The notes below the pieces were generated by a model that was given only the letters and a program-made list of their open reading frames with translations, did no database searches and was not told where the DNA came from. Source: an uncultured SAR86 cluster bacterium (GTDB lineage: Bacteria > Pseudomonadota > Gammaproteobacteria > Magnimaribacterales > D2472). From it: a stretch of 64,000 nucleotides of DNA. The stretch is taken from positions 145,864 through 209,863 of the forward strand of contig CACOEZ010000001.1 of NCBI GenBank assembly GCA_902626385.1. The letters run 5' to 3'. A program made the position numbers and the translations under genes. Within the stretch, counting starts at the first letter, position 1. Each line of letters begins with the position of its first letter. Positions 25,768-36,078 of this stretch are shown here, piece after piece.

Positions 25768-27951
25768 TTGAGTGACCAAGTTCTCCCAAGTACTTTAATT
25801 AGTAATTTCGATGAGCAATATTACTTAAAGCTGCCTCAAATATTTTATAAGTCTGCCAAAACATATTTAGATAACAAAGAAATAAAAAAAATTCAAAAGG
25901 CATACACGTTTGCTTTTTATTCTCATGATGGTCAGCAGAGAAGGGATGGCTCAAAATATATAACTCATCCTGTTGAAGTAGCTCAAATTTTACTAGATCT
26001 AAGAATGGACCCAGACACTATTTGCGCGGCTCTAATGCATGACGTTCTTGAAGATTGTGATGTTAATAAAAACAATCTAGTAAAACTTTTCGGTGAAGAT
26101 GTTGCCGAAATTGTTGATGGAGTAAGTAAATTAGGAAAACTAGATATTAATGCAAGAATAGATGCAGATGCAAATAATCTTCAAAAAATGATGTTAGCAA
26201 TGTCAAAAGATGTTCGTGTTGTTCTCGTAAAGATATGCGATCGCTTGCACAACATGAGGACCATCGAACATCTACCAAGATCTAAGCAGATAAAAAAATC
26301 AAAGGAGACAATTGATTTATATGGCCCATTAGCTCTGCGAATTGGTATGCAAGATATTAGATCTGAGCTTGAAGACCTAGCATTTAGATGTATTCATCCC
26401 TTAAGAGCTTCAATGCTTGAAAGTGCTATAAAGAAATCAAGTGGTGGAAGAAAAAGAATTGTTACAAAGATTAGGAAAGAGCTTAAAAAACATCTTAAAG
26501 CAAATAATATTCAAAAGGTATCTGTTAAAGGTCGTGAAAAGAATATCTATAGTATATATAGGAAAATAAAATCAAAACATAAACCTTTTTCAGAAATCTT
26601 AGATGTTTATGGTTTTAGAATTTTGGTAGATTCAATCGATGACTGTTACAGGGCGCTTGGCATAATCCATAACTATTTTTCTCCAATTGAAAACAGATTT
26701 AAAGATTATATTGCTATTCCAAAAAGTAATGGTTATCAAGCTTTACATACTAGTCTATTGGCTTTAAATGCATTTCCTATTGAGGTTCAAATTCAAACAA
26801 GAAGCATGTCAGAGATTGCAAGTTTTGGAATAGCAGCCCATTGGCAGTATAAAACAAAAGATAGTGATGACAATTCTGAGCTTAGAGCTACTAGATGGTT
26901 ATCAGGACTAGTAGACCTTCAGAAAAAAACAAGAAGTCCAAAAGAGTTTGCTCAGTCAGTTAAAACTGATTTAGATTCTAATGAAGTATTTTTGTTTTCA
27001 CCTAAAGGAGATGTATATGCATTAAGAAGAGGCTCTACTCCAATTGATTTTGCTTATGAGGTTCACACAGATTTGGGTGATTCTATAGTTGGATGCAAAG
27101 TAAATAGGAGTGAGGTTCCTCTAAACATTGAGCTTGAGACAGGCCAAACTGTTGAAGTAATAACATCTAACACTAAATCAGATGTCGATCCGTCTTGGTT
27201 AAACTACGTTGTAACAAGTAAAGCAAGGAGCGCAATAAGATCAAAATTAAGGAAGCAAAAAACTTCTGATGCTAGAAAGGCTGGCAAGATAATGCTTGAA
27301 ACTGAATTAAAAAGAGGTGGAAAAAGCCTTAAAGAATATAGGGGAGGAGCTTTAAAGAAAATTTTAGATTCAATAGGAGTAACATCCCTAAATAAACTTT
27401 TGACAGACCTTGGCCTTGGAAAGCGAACTGGGAGTATCATTGCTGAAAGATTTTATTCTGGTCTCCAAATCAGAGAGGGTATTGAGGAACCAAAACCAGT
27501 TTTAATAGTAGATAACAAAATTGAAAGTGTCACAGTACGATTTGCAAAATGTTGTTTACCTGTTCATGGCGATAGAGTAGTAGCCCACTCAGATACAGAA
27601 AGAGGTATGGTTATCCATCATAAGAAATGTAAGCAAGTAGCTCCTTTTATAAAAAAAGATGCAAGATACATGCCAGCTATTTGGGGTGAAAACAAAAATG
27701 ATCATGTTTATAAAGTTAACATAGATGTAAATACAAAGGACAAAGTTGGTGTTTTATCTGATCTGGGTTCAGTTTTCGCAAGGTCAGGTATTAATATTGG
27801 ATCAGTAAATACTAAAACTATAGATAAAAAATTTGCTGGATTTAAAATTGAAATCGAAGTTGAAGATAAACAAGAATTAAGAGCAATTATGCAAAAAGTT
27901 AGAGCACAAAAGTTTACAACGAGTTGCAAAAGAAATATTAATGAAAAATAG
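25768..27951 (+). CDS. spoT: bifunctional (p)ppGpp synthetase/hydrolase
   Basis: HD hydrolase domain (HPVEVAQIL, MHDVLED), RelA_SpoT synthetase region (YRKIKSK, GYQALHT), and TGS and ACT C-terminal domains. TTG start preceded by GGGAGG. gmk-rpoZ-spoT synteny. Confidence 0.9.
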   Translation: MSDQVLPSTLISNFDEQYYLKLPQIFYKSAKTYLDNKEIKKIQKAYTFAFYSHDGQQRRDGSKYITHPVEVAQILLDLRMDPDTICAALMHDVLEDCDVNKNNLVKLFGEDVAEIVDGVSKLGKLDINARIDADANNLQKMMLAMSKDVRVVLVKICDRLHNMRTIEHLPRSKQIKKSKETIDLYGPLALRIGMQDIRSELEDLAFRCIHPLRASMLESAIKKSSGGRKRIVTKIRKELKKHLKANNIQKVSVKGREKNIYSIYRKIKSKHKPFSEILDVYGFRILVDSIDDCYRALGIIHNYFSPIENRFKDYIAIPKSNGYQALHTSLLALNAFPIEVQIQTRSMSEIASFGIAAHWQYKTKDSDDNSELRATRWLSGLVDLQKKTRSPKEFAQSVKTDLDSNEVFLFSPKGDVYALRRGSTPIDFAYEVHTDLGDSIVGCKVNRSEVPLNIELETGQTVEVITSNTKSDVDPSWLNYVVTSKARSAIRSKLRKQKTSDARKAGKIMLETELKRGGKSLKEYRGGALKKILDSIGVTSLNKLLTDLGLGKRTGSIIAERFYSGLQIREGIEEPKPVLIVDNKIESVTVRFAKCCLPVHGDRVVAHSDTERGMVIHHKKCKQVAPFIKKDARYMPAIWGENKNDHVYKVNIDVNTKDKVGVLSDLGSVFARSGINIGSVNTKTIDKKFAGFKIEIEVEDKQELRAIMQKVRAQKFTTSCKRNINEK

Positions 27952-28024
27952 TAAAAAAGTTTTACTTATTTTATGTACAATTCTTATAGCACCAACATTT
28001 TTATATTCAGAGGAGTCAAAGAAA

Positions 28025-28411
28025 ATGTCTAAAGAAATTATATCTACTGATAACGCGCCACAAGCAATTGGCCCTTATTCTCAAGCAGTTAAAACTGGCA
28101 ATCTTATATTTATATCTGGACAAATACCTCTTGATCCGAAAACTGGAGATTTGGTTAATGGCTCAATTGAAGATCAAGCGAATCAAGTGCTCAAAAATAT
28201 CAAAAGCATTTGTGAGGCAGCAGGCCACAGTCTTGAAGACATAGTCAAGATAACAATTTTTCTTACTGACTTAGGTAACTTTGCTGTTGTGAATGATGTA
28301 ATGAAAGCGCATTTTAAGGAGCCATATCCAGCAAGAGCAACAGTGGAAATATCTGGACTACCCTTAGGTGTTGATGTCGAAATTGAGGCAATAGTTTCAA
28401 CGAATGGCTAA
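28025..28411 (+). CDS. ridA: RidA/YjgF-family enamine/imine deaminase
   Basis: STDNAPQAIGPYSQAVKTGNLIFISGQIPLDP and ARATVEISGLPLGVDVEIE. I prefer the ATG at 28025 (GAGGAG 7 nt upstream) to the 27941 start in the track. Confidence 0.85.
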   Translation: MSKEIISTDNAPQAIGPYSQAVKTGNLIFISGQIPLDPKTGDLVNGSIEDQANQVLKNIKSICEAAGHSLEDIVKITIFLTDLGNFAVVNDVMKAHFKEPYPARATVEISGLPLGVDVEIEAIVSTNG

Positions 28412-29309
28412 AAACCTTCTATCAATTAATGATCTAACTAAAAAAGACATTTTAGATTTGATAGCTTTCTCAAATAATTTTATTGATGAGGATGGCAACT
28501 TTAGAAAAGAAGATCTTTTTCCTGACAAAATAGTTGCTAATGTTTTCTGTGAGCCAAGCACCAGAACAAAGATGTCATTTGCGGTTGCAGCAGGAAATTT
28601 AGGCTGTAATGTTTTAGATTTTGATGTTGATACCTCTTCTGTTCAAAAAGGGGAATCAATTTTTGAAACTATAGATGCTTTAAATCTGATGGGAGTTGAT
28701 CTTTGCGTCCTAAGGCATCCTGAATCTGTGATTAGAGATCTCGCTGAACATTTACCAAAAATGGTATTTATTAATGCTGGAGAGGGATCCATTTCACATC
28801 CAACTCAAGCTTTACTTGATATGAAAACAATAATTGATCATAAATCAGATCTAGATGGACTAAAAATAGTCATTGTTGGTGATCTTGATCATTCAAGAGT
28901 TACATCATCCTTTGTAGAGGGCGTATCTAATTTTGATATAGACTCACTTGTTTTTTGTGGTCATCCAGAGATGTGTCAAAAATATCAAAATACTGATTTT
29001 GGAATTTATGAGCCTGACATAGACAAAGCACTTAAAGATGCTGATGTGATTATGACTCTTAGAATCCAGTATGAAAGGTTTGAAAAAGATCTAAATTTAG
29101 ACCTTGATTCGTATAAAAGCGCATATCAGCTATCTTCAGAAAAACTTGGTTATGCTAAGGGCGATGCAATTATTATGCATCCCGGCCCAGTAAACTACGT
29201 TGAAATTACAGAATCTGTTTATGATTCTGAAAATTCTGTAATTAGGCAGCAAATTGCAAATGGTGTTGCCGTTAGAATGGCAGTTTTATCAAGATTTTTG
29301 AGCAGCTAA
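28404..29309 (+). CDS. pyrB: aspartate carbamoyltransferase catalytic subunit
   Basis: Carbamoyl-phosphate motif STRTKMSF, plus HPTQALLD and the HPGP loop. Confidence 0.9.
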   Translation: MAKNLLSINDLTKKDILDLIAFSNNFIDEDGNFRKEDLFPDKIVANVFCEPSTRTKMSFAVAAGNLGCNVLDFDVDTSSVQKGESIFETIDALNLMGVDLCVLRHPESVIRDLAEHLPKMVFINAGEGSISHPTQALLDMKTIIDHKSDLDGLKIVIVGDLDHSRVTSSFVEGVSNFDIDSLVFCGHPEMCQKYQNTDFGIYEPDIDKALKDADVIMTLRIQYERFEKDLNLDLDSYKSAYQLSSEKLGYAKGDAIIMHPGPVNYVEITESVYDSENSVIRQQIANGVAVRMAVLSRFLSS

Positions 29310-29900
29310 AATATTTCTTACACTCTCTACTATAGTCATAGTATTTTGATCAATCTCAATATTTACACTAGAACCAACTGAAATCATATCAAGATTTGTA
29401 ACTGATAATGTCTCTGGAATTAAATGAAGATTAAAAGATTCCTTATTTACTTTTCCAATTGTTAAGCTACAGCCATTTAACCCTATGTAACCTTTTTCGA
29501 TAATAAAGTCACAATATTTTTTTGGATAGCTTACAACAATATCTTTTGTAGATTCTTTATTAATAATTTTTTTAACTTTTCCAGTGAAATGAATATGACC
29601 AGACATCAAGTGTCCACCAATTTCAGTTGAGGGGGTTATTGATCTTTCCAGATTCACAATAGAACCTAGTGTTAATTTGTTTAAATTTGTTCTTGAAATA
29701 GTTTCTTCAATTACGTCAAAGCTTAATCCATCTTTGCCATCATTAAGTGATGTCAAACATACACCATCTACTGAAATACTCGCACCTTTCTTTAAATTTT
29801 TATTAAAATTTTTAGGTGGAAGTATTTTTAAAGCAATTGAGTCTTTTTTATTCTTTAAATCGACTACTTTTCCTTTTCCCTGAACTATGCCTGAAAACAC
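29289..29900 (-). CDS. ribE: riboflavin synthase (alpha chain)
   Basis: MFSGIVQGKGKV, internal lumazine-binding repeats (VDGVCLT / LNGCSLT), ~200 aa. Confidence 0.9.
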   Translation of the reverse strand: MFSGIVQGKGKVVDLKNKKDSIALKILPPKNFNKNLKKGASISVDGVCLTSLNDGKDGLSFDVIEETISRTNLNKLTLGSIVNLERSITPSTEIGGHLMSGHIHFTGKVKKIINKESTKDIVVSYPKKYCDFIIEKGYIGLNGCSLTIGKVNKESFNLHLIPETLSVTNLDMISVGSSVNIEIDQNTMTIVESVRNILAAQKS

Positions 29901-30539
29901 TTATGCACCCCATGCTTCTCTATATGCATTTAATTTATCAAGATAATCTCTAAACTTGCTATCATCTTTTACAAAAGATATAAGTGTTTCTAGATTAACA
30001 ATTGACTCAACTTGCATATCAAAATCATCTCTAAGTTCCTGACTAGAAGACTTATTTGATTGACCTTTTTCCTGTCTATCAAGACCAACTATAAAAGCCT
30101 TTGGCGAAGCAGATAGATTCAAAATTGTTTCAATTGATTCTCTTCCAGCGGTTCCCGCAGAGAGAACATCATCAATTATTAATACATCTCCAAAAGGCTT
30201 TTCGCCGATAATATTTCCACCTTCACCATGATCTTTTTCTTCTTTTCTATTAAAAGATAATGGATATATTTTTCCATTTTTGCTGAGTAAAGTTGCAACA
30301 ATTGATCCAAGAAAAATACCTTTATATGCAGGTCCATAAATGCAATCAAACTTTAGACCTTTATCATTAATAGCATCAACATAACATTGAGCAAGCTCGA
30401 AGAGGCTACAGTTACTTAGCATCTTAGCTGCATTGAAAAAATATGGACTGGATCTTCCAGATTTAAGGGTAAACTCACCAAATTGAAGTGATTTTGATTC
30501 TATGGCTAAGTTTAAAAATGATATTTGATAATCTTTCAC
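29901..30539 (-). CDS. pyrE: orotate phosphoribosyltransferase
   Basis: PRPP-binding motif VLIIDDVLSAGTA and FGEFTLKSGRSSPYFFN. Downstream of rph as in E. coli. Confidence 0.9.
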   Translation of the reverse strand: MKDYQISFLNLAIESKSLQFGEFTLKSGRSSPYFFNAAKMLSNCSLFELAQCYVDAINDKGLKFDCIYGPAYKGIFLGSIVATLLSKNGKIYPLSFNRKEEKDHGEGGNIIGEKPFGDVLIIDDVLSAGTAGRESIETILNLSASPKAFIVGLDRQEKGQSNKSSSQELRDDFDMQVESIVNLETLISFVKDDSKFRDYLDKLNAYREAWGA

Positions 30540-31244
30540 TTATTCAATACAAGCTTTTTGCTTTTTAATAATTTCGCTGATAGCTGAACTACCTAATTCA
30601 AGCATATCATCAAGTTCACTTTTTGAAAAAGGAGCGTCTTCTGCGGTTCCTTGAATTTCAATAAGATCATTTTTATCATTCATTACTATATTTAAATCAG
30701 TATCAGCAGTACTATCCTCTTCATAATTTAAGTCTAATAGAACTTTATTATTCTTTATGCCAAGGGAAACAGCGGCTATATATGATTTTATTGCTCTTTG
30801 ATCATCGTGATGATTTTTGATGGCCAGAAATAATGCAACACATCCACCAGTTATTGATGCAGTTCTTGTTCCACCATCAGCTTGAATGACATCACAATCA
30901 ACATTGATAGTCTTACCTTTAAGGTACTTTAAATTAACTGCCTGTCTGAGAGATCTTCCGATTAGTCTTTGTATTTCTTGTGTTCTTCCGCTTTGTTTAC
31001 CTCTGGCGGCTTCTCTACCCATTCTTTCGTTAGTAGATCTAGGCAACATCCCATATTCACCTGTAACCCATCCTTCATCAGAGTTCTTCATCCATCTTGG
31101 AACATTATTTTCAATTGATGCATTGCAAATAACCTTTGTATTTCCAAATGTAATCAATACAGAACCTTCAGCGTGAATGTTTACATTTGTTTCAATAGAT
31201 ATATCTCTCAGTTGGTTATGATTTCGATTATCTATTCTTTCCAT
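30540..31244 (-). CDS. rph: ribonuclease PH
   Basis: [29 protein letters not shown] and [18 protein letters not shown]. Confidence 0.95.
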   Translation of the reverse strand: MERIDNRNHNQLRDISIETNVNIHAEGSVLITFGNTKVICNASIENNVPRWMKNSDEGWVTGEYGMLPRSTNERMGREAARGKQSGRTQEIQRLIGRSLRQAVNLKYLKGKTINVDCDVIQADGGTRTASITGGCVALFLAIKNHHDDQRAIKSYIAAVSLGIKNNKVLLDLNYEEDSTADTDLNIVMNDKNDLIEIQGTAEDAPFSKSELDDMLELGSSAISEIIKKQKACIE

Positions 31245-31255
31245 TAGTTAATTTT

Positions 31256-31696
31256 TCAGGATAGTTCTTCTTTTACAATCTTGCTTACTATGCCCATGTC
31301 TACAGAACCAGCTAAGTTCTTTAAAAGACCCATGACTTTACCCATATCCTGCATTGAGGATGCACCGCTCTCAGAAATAGCTTCTTTTACTTTAGCAGCT
31401 ACTTCTTCCTCGCTAAGCTGCGCTGGCTTGTATTTTGAAAGAACCTCTACTTCTGACTGTTCTTTGTCAGCTAAATCATCTCTTCCACCACTTTTAAATT
31501 GTGAAATAGAATCATTTCTTTGTTTTATCATTTTGTTTATTATTTGAAGAGCTTTTGTATCATCTACCTCTTCTTTATTATCAATTTCAAATCTTTGAAC
31601 TTCTGAAAGGAACATTCTTAATGTATCTCGAACGAGATCATTTTTTTCAAGCATAGCTTGTTTTAAGTCTTGTTTGATATCAGATAAGAGCGCCAA
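31256..31696 (-). CDS. GatB/YqeY-domain protein
   Basis: The DLKQAMLEKNDLVRDTLRM and SGASSMQDMGKVMG patterns. Downstream of rpsU. Confidence 0.85.
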   Translation of the reverse strand: MALLSDIKQDLKQAMLEKNDLVRDTLRMFLSEVQRFEIDNKEEVDDTKALQIINKMIKQRNDSISQFKSGGRDDLADKEQSEVEVLSKYKPAQLSEEEVAAKVKEAISESGASSMQDMGKVMGLLKNLAGSVDMGIVSKIVKEELS

Positions 31697-31698
31697 AA

Positions 31699-31914
31699 CT
31701 ATCTAGATCTTTGCCTTGGAAAAGAAAACTTTCTGTTTGTTTTTTTTGCTCTTTTAACGGCTGCTGCCATTAAACGTTTTCTTTTTTCTGTTGGTTTTTC
31801 ATAAAATTCTCTTGCTCTTATTTCAGGAACAATTGCTGCTTTTTCGCACGCACGCTTGAATTTTCTCAAACCAATATCAAAATGTTCTGTATCTTTTATT
31901 ATAATTGAAGGCAT
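31699..31914 (-). CDS. rpsU: 30S ribosomal protein S21
   Basis: [47 protein letters not shown]. Confidence 0.95.
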   Translation of the reverse strand: MPSIIIKDTEHFDIGLRKFKRACEKAAIVPEIRAREFYEKPTEKRKRLMAAAVKRAKKTNRKFSFPRQRSR

Positions 31915-31963
31915 AATGTGACGCGTAGTTTAGGCTTTTATTTACATTTTTGCAAAACTTTTT

Positions 31964-32965
31964 ATGAAAACTTTAGGTATTGAAACATCTTGCGACGAAA
32001 CAGCGATAGCAATTTATGATTCAGAGAAAGGAATTATTGGTGAGTCTGTCCATAGTCAGATGCAAATGCATGCAGAATACGGTGGAATTGTTCCTGAATT
32101 AGCATCGAGAGATCATTGTTCAAAAATAGTAAAAGTTCTTCATGATGCTTTAGGCGACATAAAACTAAATAGTATTGATCAAATTGCATATACTTCAGGG
32201 CCTGGGCTTTTAGGCGCACTCTTGATAGGTGAAAGTTTTGCCCAAGGATTATCAACTGCGCTAAATATCCCACTTATTTCTGTAAATCATCTTGAGGGTC
32301 ATTTGATGTCACCTATGATGGAATTTGATGAGTTGGATATGCCTTTTATTTGTTTGCTAGTTTCTGGTGGCCACAGCATGATAGTTGATGTTAAGGAAAA
32401 AGCTGATTATGAGATTCTCGGTCAATCACAAGATGATGCAGTTGGTGAAGCTTTCGACAAGGTTGCAAAAATGTTGGATCTGCAATATCCCGGAGGGCCT
32501 CACATTGAAAATCTTGCAAAAAACGGCAAAAGTAACGCGTACGATTTTCCAAGACCAATGATCAGTTCAAATGATTTAAACATGAGCTTAAGTGGCTTAA
32601 AAACTTCTGTTCTTTATACAATTCAAAAAATTGAAAATATGAATGATCAAATAAAGTGTGATATTGCAGCATCTTTTCAACAAGCAGTTGTCGATGTTTT
32701 AGTTGCAAAAATTAAAAAAGCTGTTGATCAGACGGGGAGATCAGATGTAATAGTTGCAGGAGGCGTTGCAGCTAATCAATTTTTAAGAGAAGAATTTAAA
32801 AAATTAGAGAATCTATTAAATATCAATGTATATTATCCTCATATGAAGTATTGTGGAGATAATGCTGCAATGATTGCTTTTGTAGGTTCAAAAATGCAAT
32901 CAAAAGCTAATGATCATTCTTCAAAAGCAAGGGCAAGGTGGCCATTGGACGAATTACAAAAATGA
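31964..32965 (+). CDS. tsaD: tRNA N6-adenosine threonylcarbamoyltransferase
   Basis: LGIETSCDETAIAIYD, HLEGHL, and SGGHS. Divergent from rpsU as in many gammaproteobacteria. Confidence 0.95.
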   Translation: MKTLGIETSCDETAIAIYDSEKGIIGESVHSQMQMHAEYGGIVPELASRDHCSKIVKVLHDALGDIKLNSIDQIAYTSGPGLLGALLIGESFAQGLSTALNIPLISVNHLEGHLMSPMMEFDELDMPFICLLVSGGHSMIVDVKEKADYEILGQSQDDAVGEAFDKVAKMLDLQYPGGPHIENLAKNGKSNAYDFPRPMISSNDLNMSLSGLKTSVLYTIQKIENMNDQIKCDIAASFQQAVVDVLVAKIKKAVDQTGRSDVIVAGGVAANQFLREEFKKLENLLNINVYYPHMKYCGDNAAMIAFVGSKMQSKANDHSSKARARWPLDELQK

Positions 32966-33309
32966 AAGACACAATTTATATAAAAGATTTAAGGGTAAAA
33001 ACAATTATTGGTATTTTCGATTGGGAGCGGAAGGTAAAGCAAGAGGTTAGTATCGATATTGAGTTTCCATTCGATTGCAAAAAGGCAGCTAAAAATGACG
33101 ACATAAATGACTCTGTAGATTATAAAAAGATTTGCAAGGCTGTTATAAAGCTTGTTGAAGAATCTTCCTTTCAACTACAAGAGTCATTAATAGAAGCAAT
33201 TGCATGCCTTATTAAGGACGATTTTGGAATTGAATCTGTAAAGTTAAGAATCTCAAAACCTGGAGCACTTAGAGGAGCAAAGGATGTTGGCATTATGATA
33301 GAAAGATAA
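32962..33309 (+). CDS. folB: dihydroneopterin aldolase
   Basis: IYIKDLRVKTIIGIFDWERKVKQEVSIDIE. I prefer the ATG at 32962 (ATGA overlap with the tsaD stop) to 32938. Confidence 0.85.
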   Translation: MKDTIYIKDLRVKTIIGIFDWERKVKQEVSIDIEFPFDCKKAAKNDDINDSVDYKKICKAVIKLVEESSFQLQESLIEAIACLIKDDFGIESVKLRISKPGALRGAKDVGIMIER

Positions 33310-33683
33310 TGAAATACTTTTTATCAATTGGAAGTAACATAAATGCTGAGAAAAATATAAAGCTAGCCTTAAGTGAGCTTGGAAAGATCTTTATAAACTT
33401 TTATATATCATCCACCCATGAAACAGAATCAGAAGGGTTTGAGGGAGACAATTTTCTTAATCTAGTTACCTCTGGTGAAACCAACCTTGAATTTGATGAA
33501 TTGAATAAGATCTTAAAAAAAATTGAAGATAAATCTGGTAGAGATAGATCTGCGCCAAAATTTAGTGCTAGAACTCTAGATATTGATATTGTTCTTCAAA
33601 TTGATGACGATGAAGTAATTTTTGAGAGCGATGAAATTGAAAAATATAAATTTGTCTCTGATCCATTGAAAGAAATTTTGTAA
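33309..33683 (+). CDS. folK: 2-amino-4-hydroxy-6-hydroxymethyldihydropteridine pyrophosphokinase (compact, 124 aa)
   Basis: SIGSNINAEKN, FLNLV, GRDRSAPKFSARTLDIDIV and KFVSDPLKEI are collinear with HPPK. TAATG junction with folB. Confidence 0.8.
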   Translation: MKYFLSIGSNINAEKNIKLALSELGKIFINFYISSTHETESEGFEGDNFLNLVTSGETNLEFDELNKILKKIEDKSGRDRSAPKFSARTLDIDIVLQIDDDEVIFESDEIEKYKFVSDPLKEIL

Positions 33684-34295
33684 ATGAAAACTAAAAAATT
33701 TATTAGACAATTTCACAGATATTTAAGCATATTTGTATCAATACAACTTTTGCTATGGACACTTTCAGGTATTTATTTTGCATACAATAAAATTGAAATG
33801 GTTAGAGGAGAACAATATCGTCTACCTAAGGAAGTCGAACATAGAATCTTTAATCGACTCGGAACTTCAGTAATTGAAACTATTGATAATGGTAAAAAAT
33901 CATATAAATCATATCCTGAAAATGAATCTATTAATCCAATCACCAAAGAGGAAGCGATTCAAATAACCATTCAAAAAACAACTCTTAATCCAACAGAGGC
34001 TAGTCTTGTCGAGGATATTTCACCGAGATATGAATATAAAGGCGATCTACCAGTTTATAAAGTAAAAACAGATTCTAGAGATAGCATTAATGTATATGTT
34101 GGATACTGGACCGGAGACATAAATTCTATAAGATCAGATTCATGGAGAATCTGGGATTTTCTTTGGTCTCTTCATATAATGGATTATCGCGAAAGAGAGA
34201 ATATCAACAATATTTTACTAAAGATACTATCGGTTCTTGCTTTGGTGACCTCGATATCAGGGATTACTCTTTTCTTTGCGAGATCAAGATTTTAA
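33684..34295 (+). CDS. PepSY-associated TM-helix-like membrane protein
   Basis: The N-terminal FHRYLSIFVSIQLLLWTLSGIYF and a C-terminal TM helix. Pattern-level call only. Confidence 0.4.
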   Translation: MKTKKFIRQFHRYLSIFVSIQLLLWTLSGIYFAYNKIEMVRGEQYRLPKEVEHRIFNRLGTSVIETIDNGKKSYKSYPENESINPITKEEAIQITIQKTTLNPTEASLVEDISPRYEYKGDLPVYKVKTDSRDSINVYVGYWTGDINSIRSDSWRIWDFLWSLHIMDYRERENINNILLKILSVLALVTSISGITLFFARSRF

Positions 34296-34300
34296 AAAAT

Positions 34301-35353
34301 TTAAAGTAAGTTTTCTTCAATTATCTTCCAAGCTGCCTCTGATAAAGGATAAACAAGCATCCCTCTTTCTTCTGCATGTTTATTTGCAGCTGTACCGTCT
34401 CTTACTCTTCCAAGAATACCTTGAAGGATACCGGCGATTTTAAACATGTTGTAAGCCATATAAAATTCCCAATTTTTTGATAAATCTTTCCCAGTGTTTT
34501 CACAGTACATTTCCATGTACTCTTTTTCATTTGGTACTCCAAGTTCTTTTAGTCTAGCCTCATCCCAAAATGCCTCTTGAGTTCGCCACGAGAGACAATG
34601 ATAACTAAAATCTGCTATTGGATGACCTAAGGTTGATAACTCCCAATCTAAAATTCCAATCACCTTATTATTTTTAAGAATCATGTTATCTAATCTATAG
34701 TCCCCATGAACAATAGAAGTTTCATCATCATCAGGTATATTATTTGGCAACCACTCAATTAGATTATTCATAGCTTCAATATTATCCGTTTCTGATGCTC
34801 TATATTGTTTTGACCATCTCGATACTTGCCTAGCAACATAGTTTCCTGGCTTACCATAGTCATCAAGCCCAATCTTTTTATAGTCAACGCTATGAAGTTT
34901 AGCTAACGTTTTATTTTTGTTTTTATATATTTCTGTCCTGTCATTGTTTGTCATTGAGGGAATCATTGGATCCCAGAAAAGGTCACCATCTAAGAAGTCC
35001 ATGACAAAGAAAGCAGTGCCTGCAACATCATCATCCTCACAAAGGCCATAAGTTTTAGGAACTGGAACATCTGTTTCATACAGAGCAGTTATAACTTTAT
35101 ACTCTCTATCTACAGCATGCGCTGAAGGCAGAAGTTTTCCAGGCGGCTTTCTCCTTAAAACAAGATCTTTCATATCAGTCGAAATTTTATACGTAGGATT
35201 AGATTGCCCGCCCTTAAATTGCTCAATTGATTTTATTCTTCCTGCATTAGGTACATTTTCATCGATCCAAGGTTGAAGTTTCGCAGAATGAATTAAAAGC
35301 TTTTCATCAACTTCTTTAGTTCCAGAAAATTTTGCATCATCCAAAGGCTTCAT
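34301..35353 (-). CDS. phosphotransferase-family (APH/ChoK-like) kinase
   Basis: Catalytic loop HGDYRLDNMI and the DWELSTLGHPIADF motif. Confidence 0.75.
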   Translation of the reverse strand: MKPLDDAKFSGTKEVDEKLLIHSAKLQPWIDENVPNAGRIKSIEQFKGGQSNPTYKISTDMKDLVLRRKPPGKLLPSAHAVDREYKVITALYETDVPVPKTYGLCEDDDVAGTAFFVMDFLDGDLFWDPMIPSMTNNDRTEIYKNKNKTLAKLHSVDYKKIGLDDYGKPGNYVARQVSRWSKQYRASETDNIEAMNNLIEWLPNNIPDDDETSIVHGDYRLDNMILKNNKVIGILDWELSTLGHPIADFSYHCLSWRTQEAFWDEARLKELGVPNEKEYMEMYCENTGKDLSKNWEFYMAYNMFKIAGILQGILGRVRDGTAANKHAEERGMLVYPLSEAAWKIIEENLL

Positions 35354-36078
35354 TACAAAGATCTACCTCCATCAACCTTAATTATTTGACCAGTTATGTA
35401 TTGAGAGTGAGCAAGAAACTTAACCGCTTCAGCAATATCCTTTTCTGAGCCCATTCTCTTAAGAGGTATGCTATCAATAACTTTATTTTTTTGTTCTTCA
35501 GTCCAAGTAACGTCAGGCGGTTCAAGCATAGCTCCAGGAGCAATTGCATTTACTTTAATCTCAGGCGCTAATTCCCTGGCTAAACCTTTTGTTACTGATT
35601 CAAGTCCAGCTTTTGCAGCTGAATATATTGAATAGTTTGCTACGCCTTTAGATAAATTTGTATCAGTGATATTGATGATTGAGCCTTTTGAAGATTTCAA
35701 TTTCTCTTTTAAACCCTGTATCAAGAATAATGGGCCTTTAAGATTACTTCCTACTAATTTTTCCCAATGTTTTTCAGATATCTCATCTATTGGAGTAGGG
35801 TAAAAGGTTGATGCATTATTTATTAACAAATCAATTGTTGGAAACATTTTCTGGACCTCAGTAATTATATTTTCAACATCATCAGTTTTATCAAGATCGC
35901 CTTGGACTATTTTGGCAGTATCTTTATTTGCCTCATTAATTTCAGAGGCTAATTTTTCAGCATCGTCTTTTGATGAATTGTAATGAATTATGATATTCCA
36001 TTTTAATTCTTTGAAGGTAATAGCTATCTCTTTTCCAATTCTTTTTGCGGCACCAGTAATAAAAATTGTTTTATTCAT
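35353..36078 (-). CDS. short-chain dehydrogenase/reductase, pteridine-reductase (FolM/PTR1)-like
   Basis: ITGAAKRIGKEIA cofactor motif, YSAAKAGL catalytic Y-x3-K. Located near folB-folK. Confidence 0.65.
   Translation of the reverse strand: MNKTIFITGAAKRIGKEIAITFKELKWNIIIHYNSSKDDAEKLASEINEANKDTAKIVQGDLDKTDDVENIITEVQKMFPTIDLLINNASTFYPTPIDEISEKHWEKLVGSNLKGPLFLIQGLKEKLKSSKGSIINITDTNLSKGVANYSIYSAAKAGLESVTKGLARELAPEIKVNAIAPGAMLEPPDVTWTEEQKNKVIDSIPLKRMGSEKDIAEAVKFLAHSQYITGQIIKVDGGRSL

Noticed and set aside
27941-28024. N-terminal 28-codon extension of RidA that looks like a signal peptide (possible secreted RidA)
   Set aside because: A strong GAGGAG Shine-Dalgarno precedes the internal ATG at 28025, which yields a canonical ~128-aa RidA. 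The extension overlaps the spoT 3' end, so it is more likely not translated. N-terminal proteomics could test it.
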